37,804 bases of DNA from a virus: IMG/VR virus record IMGVR_UViG_3300010392_000295. One strand, written 5' to 3'. Numbering within the stretch: position 1 is the first letter of the stretch; every line of letters starts with the position of its first letter. Positions 33,165 through 37,804 of this stretch are shown piece by piece. The notes under the pieces were generated by a model, which was not told the DNA's origin, ran no database searches, and saw nothing but the letters and a program-made list of their open reading frames with translations. Made by a program: the position numbers and the translations under genes.

Positions 33165-33773
33165 ATGAAACTAACAAAACAGGAAATTGTAGAAAAATTA
33201 AAAACAGTAAATAAAGAATTTACAGAAGAAAAGCTTAATTGCTTGCTTGATACATTTTTCAATGTTGAAAACAGGCCAGCGATTAACAGCAAGACATTCA
33301 CAGTAATGCGAGAGGCTACAGGTTTAAAATTCAACGGAAAATACATCCCTCGCGAAATTGATGCCTTAGTAATGCTTGGTTTTGAGCTTGCGCCAACTAA
33401 AAATGAAAAGACCACCAAGCGCTACATGGTAGAACAGGTTACAAGCCAGGTTAGAGCAAGTAAGCAGGTAATACTAAAAGTTTACGATAACTTGATACAC
33501 CCTTACAGAATCACCGCTGATGCATTGCATAGAAAATTACCATCAATGATTGGTGAAGGAGCGCATCCGCAAACAATCAAGAAAATAGAAGGTTTATTTA
33601 CTGATATGGGCGCAAAAGTTAAGCCTGTATACATAAGAACCGGCGGCGGTGGCGGTGGCACAAAAGGCATGAAGTTTAATCAAACAATAGTTATTGATGA
33701 CGGCATCATTCGTTGGAATCCACCTAGCAAGCTAATGCCAGAGCAATTTAAACACCTTGATAATGCGTGGTAG
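33165..33773 (+). CDS. hypothetical protein (202 aa)
   Basis: RBS aggtga lies upstream. It contains a GGGGGG stretch, and the C-terminus is ...RWNPPSKLMPEQFKHLDNAW. Confidence 0.6.
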   Translation: MKLTKQEIVEKLKTVNKEFTEEKLNCLLDTFFNVENRPAINSKTFTVMREATGLKFNGKYIPREIDALVMLGFELAPTKNEKTTKRYMVEQVTSQVRASKQVILKVYDNLIHPYRITADALHRKLPSMIGEGAHPQTIKKIEGLFTDMGAKVKPVYIRTGGGGGGTKGMKFNQTIVIDDGIIRWNPPSKLMPEQFKHLDNAW

Positions 33774-33778
33774 TAATT

Positions 33779-34090
33779 ATGAATCGTTTAGAGGCAATAG
33801 AAAAGGCGGCAGGCAAAAAAGGCAATAAGCTTATAGCTGAATTTGTTTTTGATGTATGCGTTGACCGCCCTGAGCGATTATCAACAGTTGAGATAATAGA
33901 TCGATTAGAGTGCATTGAAGTATTTACCAATCAAAGCACAATCAATAGGTTTATACGCAAGTATATTGAATACGGGTTTTGTGTTGGCGAGCAACCAGAA
34001 ACTAGGGGTAATGATTTTATGGGCGGGTTTAATTGGAGCCCAAAACCATTAGATAAAAATCAATTTAAACATTTAAAAGGAGCTTGGTAG
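33779..34090 (+). CDS. hypothetical protein (103 aa) with the same C-terminal motif as the upstream ORF
   Basis: ATG at 33779. The C-terminus is ...FNWSPKPLDKNQFKHLKGAW. Confidence 0.55.
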   Translation: MNRLEAIEKAAGKKGNKLIAEFVFDVCVDRPERLSTVEIIDRLECIEVFTNQSTINRFIRKYIEYGFCVGEQPETRGNDFMGGFNWSPKPLDKNQFKHLKGAW

Positions 34091-34482
34091 TGAAGCGAAT
34101 AAATATTAAAACTATGCACTTACCAGATTGCACTGTAGGTGTACTGTCTTTTTGCGGCTTAAGGTTATTTACTCTTGAATTACCATGGCTTGATAATGAA
34201 AAAAATGTGAGCTGTATACCGAGAGGAATTTACAGGGCCTATATAAGAAACTCGCCAGCTAACGGTTATGTTTTAGAGTTGCTTGACGTTACCAATAGAA
34301 CTCACATTCAAATTCACGCAGGAAATTTCACGCATCAGATAAAAGGCTGCATACTTGTCGGTGATTCTATTAAAGATATAAATAAAGATGGTGTGCCAGA
34401 CGTAACAAACAGCAAAAATTCACTCGCTAAGCTGTTGAATAAAATTGGCATTGATGAGCAGGTTGAAGTTTGCATTGAGTAG
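34090..34482 (+). CDS. DUF5675-like protein; candidate cell-wall hydrolase (His ... Gly-Cys motif as in YkuD-type folds)
   Basis: The start is uncertain: GTG at 34090 follows aaaggag. Motifs are TLELPWLDNEKNVSCIPRGIY and HIQIHAGNFTHQIKGCILVGD. It lies directly upstream of small TM ORFs. The functional call is an inference. Confidence 0.4.
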   Translation: MKRINIKTMHLPDCTVGVLSFCGLRLFTLELPWLDNEKNVSCIPRGIYRAYIRNSPANGYVLELLDVTNRTHIQIHAGNFTHQIKGCILVGDSIKDINKDGVPDVTNSKNSLAKLLNKIGIDEQVEVCIE

Positions 34483-34501
34483 CTATAAGGAGCGAGAAAA
34501 A

Positions 34502-34624
34502 ATGCTAGTAAAGCAATACAGAAACAAAAAGACAAAGCAGAGTAAGTTTAAGTTTACTTTGTTTTGCATCGCGGCTTTTGTAGTTGTAAGCCTGGTTGTT
34601 TTATTTGGGTTTATGCGGGGTTAA
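34502..34624 (+). CDS. small membrane peptide (40 aa, basic N-terminus plus one TM)
   Basis: RBS aaggag lies upstream. Product is MLVKQYRNKKTKQSKFKFTLFCIAAFVVVSLVVLFGFMRG. Confidence 0.5.
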   Translation: MLVKQYRNKKTKQSKFKFTLFCIAAFVVVSLVVLFGFMRG

Positions 34625-34626
34625 AT

Positions 34627-35004
34627 ATGAATTGGTTTAGCGTATTTGGTAAAGGTGATGTAATCGACAAAGCTGCAAGCGGCATTGATAAGGTTATATT
34701 CACCGATGAAGAAAAGTCTGACTACATGCTAAAGCTGTTAAAAGCTTATGAGCCATTTAAACTTATGCAGCGCTATCTTGCTGTTATGTTTGGCGGAACT
34801 TATCTGCTGGTGTGGATTGCTTGCGCCATCATGTTTATTGTAGGGGCAGTGCTTGGTAATGGCGAGTTAATTCAAGGCTCTGATATGCTGGCGCAAAGAA
34901 ACAATGAAGCGCTTGGAACACCGGTTAGTTTGATTATGTCTCTATACTTCGGTGGCGGAGCTATTGAGGGGATAATTAATGCGAAATGGAATAGCGCTAA
35001 ATAG
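34627..35004 (+). CDS. holin candidate (resembles the 3-TM GTA-type holin family)
   Basis: MNWFSVFGKGDVIDKAASGIDKVIFTDEEKSDYMLKLL, followed by hydrophobic segments. I prefer the ATG at 34627 to the track start. A terminator follows. Confidence 0.5.
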   Translation: MNWFSVFGKGDVIDKAASGIDKVIFTDEEKSDYMLKLLKAYEPFKLMQRYLAVMFGGTYLLVWIACAIMFIVGAVLGNGELIQGSDMLAQRNNEALGTPVSLIMSLYFGGGAIEGIINAKWNSAK

Positions 35005-35014
35005 GCGCTTTTTT
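34993..35014 (+). terminator. rho-independent terminator
   Basis: agcgc (34993..34997) pairs with gcgct (35005..35009), followed by a T6 run. The stop codon lies in the loop. Confidence 0.7.
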
Positions 35015-35094
35015 ATTGTGTAAAATAAACTTGCAATGTTAAATATATAGTTATACACTTAGTAAAAATACACAATAAACAAACAAGGTGATTT

Positions 35095-35490
35095 ATGAGA
35101 GATATTAAGTTTAGAGCATGGGTAACTGATGGTAAGGATTACTCTGAAATGTATCATAACGTTCAAAATCATATTGGTGAAGATTTTGGTTTTGTCCATA
35201 TGTTGCAAAACACTGTGAACGGTCTTGATTGCAAAGTAATGCAATACACCGGTCTAAAAGACAAAAACGGAGTTGAGATTTATGAAGGTGATATTGTTGA
35301 AGTTTGCGACCGGCCATGTGAAAGTGTTGGGATTGTTAAATTCAGCACTAAAAATTACGCCGCATTGCCATCTTTTGGGGTTCACAACAAAAAAGGGGAG
35401 AGCCTTGATTTCTATTATGGTGTTGCTCCTGATTCAGATTGCATAATAATCGGCAACATCTACGAAAACCCTGAGCTATTAGGTGAATAA
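35095..35490 (+). CDS. YopX-family protein
   Basis: MRDIKFRAW..., QYTGLKDKNGVEIYEGDIV and ...IIGNIYENPELL are classic YopX motifs. Preceded by GGTGATTTATG. Confidence 0.85.
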   Translation: MRDIKFRAWVTDGKDYSEMYHNVQNHIGEDFGFVHMLQNTVNGLDCKVMQYTGLKDKNGVEIYEGDIVEVCDRPCESVGIVKFSTKNYAALPSFGVHNKKGESLDFYYGVAPDSDCIIIGNIYENPELLGE

Positions 35491-35667
35491 ATGACACCAT
35501 CACAATACATAAAATCAAAAACCAGTCACCTAAAAGCTAACGTAACAATTCAAATGGTAGCTGATAGCGTAGATAAAAGCCGCCAAACGGTTTCTAACTG
35601 GTTTTATACAAACCGCAAGCTATTAGATGCTTGCATATTAAAAACAATTAAAGATTTAAGTGAGTGA
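35491..35667 (+). CDS. small HTH-like protein (58 aa)
   Basis: TAAATG junction with the YopX gene. TIQMVADSVDKSRQTVSNWFYTNRKLL is HTH-like. Confidence 0.45.
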   Translation: MTPSQYIKSKTSHLKANVTIQMVADSVDKSRQTVSNWFYTNRKLLDACILKTIKDLSE

Positions 35668-35670
35668 ATT

Positions 35671-35913
35671 ATGAGTAATGCTAAGTTTACAAAGGGTGAG
35701 TGGCAGCAAAGTTACGCGCTTGTTGTTTGTGGTGATAAAGTAATAACTGATTGTGAGAGCGATTTTACTAATGATGCTTGTGAATTATTCGCAAACGCTC
35801 ACCTAATAGCAGCAGCGCCAGAAATGTATAAGTTTTTAGATGACCTAGCTAACGGTCGCGGTACTGATTACCCTATCGAGCAGTTACTAGAAAAAGCGCG
35901 TGGTGAATTATGA
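35671..35913 (+). CDS. hypothetical protein (80 aa)
   Basis: ORF from the six-frame track, tightly packed. I recognised no family. Confidence 0.5.
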   Translation: MSNAKFTKGEWQQSYALVVCGDKVITDCESDFTNDACELFANAHLIAAAPEMYKFLDDLANGRGTDYPIEQLLEKARGEL

Positions 35914-35949
35914 TTAACTGGCTAATAACTAATATTTTAATGGGTGGAT

Positions 35950-36144
35950 ATGATGAATAGATATAAAGACCAGTTTACAGAGTGGTCGACAGCTTATCCG
36001 GTGTTTGTGCATCAAAACCCAAAAAGAAAATACGCGCAGCAAGAGTACTTGGATTTTGAGGATTTAAAAAACTCGTCAAAGCAAGCAACTATTAGAACTC
36101 ACCACTTAACAATAAAGGCAATTAAAAAGGCGATGAAATTATGA
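35950..36144 (+). CDS. hypothetical protein (about 64 aa; start ambiguous among 35944, 35950 and 35953)
   Basis: ORF from the six-frame track. Its stop overlaps the next ATG (ATGA). Confidence 0.45.
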   Translation: MMNRYKDQFTEWSTAYPVFVHQNPKRKYAQQEYLDFEDLKNSSKQATIRTHHLTIKAIKKAMKL

Positions 36145-36395
36145 AAAACGCAATTACAGTAATAGACCAAGAGCTTATTGATAGAGTTCAAGTTCTTATT
36201 GATAGCAAATTGCTAGATGAGGATCACTGCGATATTAGGGATTTACTTGAGATGGCTAAAGACCTAATAGAGATTAACGCAGAGTTAACTAAGCGTGAGC
36301 AGAAGGTGTTAAGTTTAATTAATGATGGCTCATGGAATGGATATAACGCAGTTGATGTTATTGATGCTCTATATGTAATTTTAAAAGGTGAATAG
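36141..36395 (+). CDS. hypothetical acidic protein (84 aa)
   Basis: ORF from the six-frame track. It contains INAELTKREQK, a segment shared with the next ORF. Confidence 0.5.
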   Translation: MKNAITVIDQELIDRVQVLIDSKLLDEDHCDIRDLLEMAKDLIEINAELTKREQKVLSLINDGSWNGYNAVDVIDALYVILKGE

Positions 36396-36397
36396 TG

Positions 36398-36802
36398 ATG
36401 GCATATTATAGTTACAAGAGAGTTAGAGATATACTTATTGAGCTTGGCGAGATAATTTACGATGAGGATGATAATTTAACACCAAAGAATAAAGATCTTT
36501 ACGGTGCTGATATAGACAATACTTATCTAGGCAATCTTTATGAAATGATTGCTGACGAGTTTGAAAAACTCCAAGCTGAAAACGCAGAGCTAACTAAGCG
36601 TGATGTTGGCGCTAATCAATGCTTAAAAGTTTGGTCTGATAAGTACGTTAAACTCCAAGCAGAAAACGCAGAGCTTAAAAAGCTAACAGTAAAAGCTTTA
36701 GGTGAAGTAGGTCTTGAACTTGAAGAAGACACAAGAATAGGCAAAAAGGTAATGCCATTTGTAAGAGCTATTGTGTTAAGTAAGATTCAAGAGTTTAAGT
36801 AA
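36398..36802 (+). CDS. hypothetical coiled-coil protein with an internal KLQAENAEL duplication
   Basis: FEKLQAENAELTKRD and YVKLQAENAELKKL are encoded by near-identical DNA segments. Confidence 0.55.
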   Translation: MAYYSYKRVRDILIELGEIIYDEDDNLTPKNKDLYGADIDNTYLGNLYEMIADEFEKLQAENAELTKRDVGANQCLKVWSDKYVKLQAENAELKKLTVKALGEVGLELEEDTRIGKKVMPFVRAIVLSKIQEFK

Positions 36803-36819
36803 GCCCTTAACGGGGCTTT
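36801..36819 (+). terminator. hairpin, weak terminator candidate
   Basis: aagccc (36801..36806) pairs with gggctt (36813..36818). The T-tract is poor. Confidence 0.4.
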
Positions 36820-36852
36820 AACTTTAATATATAATAAAGAGGATTTTAACTA

Positions 36853-37374
36853 ATGGAGTACGAAGCATGGGCACAGGCTCTCAACGTCCTCGTGACGAAG
36901 GTGACAAAGATAAAAAGTAATATCATCAGTGATGATTTAATATTTTACTCGCTCTATGTGCTGGTAATGGCTATTGGGGCGAGGTTTAAAATAGAAACCG
37001 CAAAACCATCAAAAGTACTACCGTTAGTTTTATCCCTTCTATTTTGCCAGCTAGCTTACACGCTAATGCTCAACGAAAAAGAATCAAATTACTACATAAT
37101 AACCACAATGTTTTACGTGCAAGCAATGTTTTACTATTCCAAGGTGAATTTAAAAACAGCAATAGCTTGTGCTATCATGGCGTTATATCTTTTCACCATG
37201 TCACGGGAAGCGGCCTATTATGAGAGTTATGGATCATCCTTTAGCGATGTACTTCACGATTCTTATTGGATGGTTATATTCCTACTTCATTGTATTATCT
37301 GCCTTACCTTTTTTTCTAGACGTGAATACAAGAGAGCTCACATGGGGCTGCGTTCATGTGTACGTCGCACTTAG
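36853..37374 (+). CDS. multi-pass membrane protein (173 aa)
   Basis: Four or five hydrophobic segments. The C-terminal part overlaps an alternative-frame ORF (37169..37471) that is also hydrophobic, so the 3' end is uncertain. Confidence 0.5.
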   Translation: MEYEAWAQALNVLVTKVTKIKSNIISDDLIFYSLYVLVMAIGARFKIETAKPSKVLPLVLSLLFCQLAYTLMLNEKESNYYIITTMFYVQAMFYYSKVNLKTAIACAIMALYLFTMSREAAYYESYGSSFSDVLHDSYWMVIFLLHCIICLTFFSRREYKRAHMGLRSCVRRT

Positions 37375-37439
37375 ATTGATTGAAGGGCTGTATTTGCTAT
37401 ACTACCGTATAAGATACAGACAAATGCTAACTTTTAAAT

Positions 37440-37804
37440 ATGTCGAGCCAGAACGAAATAACAGAACTTAGAAGTGATATTAAAGAGCAAACTAAAGAGA
37501 TTGCTAACTTAACTACAAGCATTACTCAGTTAGTTGAGAGCTATAAATACCACAAAGAAGTAACAGACAGCCACACGCAAGAGATTAAAGTTTTGCATGA
37601 AGCTAATAACAATACTGATGCAAAGTTTAATGAATTCTTACTTGAATATAAGCCAGTTTTAGACCAGGCAAAAGCAAGCAACGAAAAGTACAAAGATACG
37701 CTATCAGAAGCAAAGAAGTTTTTTGATGGCAGAAGCATTACAAAGCAAAGAGCAATTACAGCCGTTGTTTGCGCATTTTGTATAGCGGTAGGCGCTAAAG
37801 CTCC
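37440..37804 (+). CDS. 5' part of the junction-spanning ORF (129 aa in total when joined to 128..152): coiled-coil protein with a C-terminal TM anchor
   Basis: ATG at 37440. Product begins MSSQNEITELRSDIKEQTKEIANLTTSITQLVESYKYHKE... and runs off the window end in frame with 1..152. Confidence 0.6.
   Translation, partial: MSSQNEITELRSDIKEQTKEIANLTTSITQLVESYKYHKEVTDSHTQEIKVLHEANNNTDAKFNEFLLEYKPVLDQAKASNEKYKDTLSEAKKFFDGRSITKQRAITAVVCAFCIAVGAKA
37678..37804. repeat. second copy of the 127-bp terminal repeat
   Basis: Identical to 1..127. Confidence 0.95.

Noticed and set aside
37169-37471. 100-aa alternative-frame ORF overlapping the 3' half of the membrane protein gene and the start of the junction ORF
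   Set aside because: T-rich codons give hydrophobic peptides in more than one frame. The ORF has no RBS and would overlap the next gene by 32 nt. I cannot exclude a +1 frame change within 37200..37330 that would alter the C-terminus of the membrane protein; read-level data would settle it.

Overview
The window looks like one complete tailed dsDNA phage genome with siphovirus-type architecture: a tape measure and a G/GT chaperone frameshift, but no sheath gene. The first 127 bp (1..127) are identical to the last 127 bp (37678..37804). The unique length is therefore 37,677 bp, and the contig closes into a circle or is circularly permuted. One ORF (37440..37804 plus 128..152) reads across that junction.

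Layout:
- 355..9179 (+): packaging and head module. It holds TerS, PBSX-type TerL, portal, Mu-F/SPP1 gp7-like minor head protein, scaffold and major capsid protein, followed by an unusual set of lectin-like / beta-helix-like ORFs.
- 9186..11642: a 2.5 kb accessory island that interrupts the late operon. It contains a minus-strand operon of small membrane peptides plus an Ala/Asp/Tyr/Arg repeat protein, a 42-aa RHH protein, and a split homing-endonuclease-like gene.
- 11684..22446 (+): head-tail joining and tail module. It holds the major tail protein, G/GT chaperone with a -1 frameshift, tape measure, and tip and fibre proteins.
- 22468..23451 (+): a protein with a signal peptide.
- 23507..25424 (-): leftward early operon with an HTH regulator, a Rad52-like annealase and an EK-rich protein.
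- 25635..37374: rightward early/middle genes. These include an initiator with internal iterons, DnaB-type helicase, a second intact homing-endonuclease-like paralog, NinG/Rap, an SSB-like gene, a putative lysis cassette, YopX and many small ORFs.

I saw no tRNA, rRNA, CRISPR array, integrase, CI-type repressor or reverse transcriptase.

The observations most worth a second look:
- the independently promoted minus-strand cassette with the Ala-rich repeat protein inside the structural operon;
- three consecutive head-module ORFs that share an N-terminal motif;
- a canonical SSB acidic tail (DFDDDIPF) encoded out of frame with its gene;
- a homing-endonuclease-like gene split exactly at an in-phase dnaX-type A_AAA_AAG heptamer.

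All family names come from motif recognition by eye. No database search was run.
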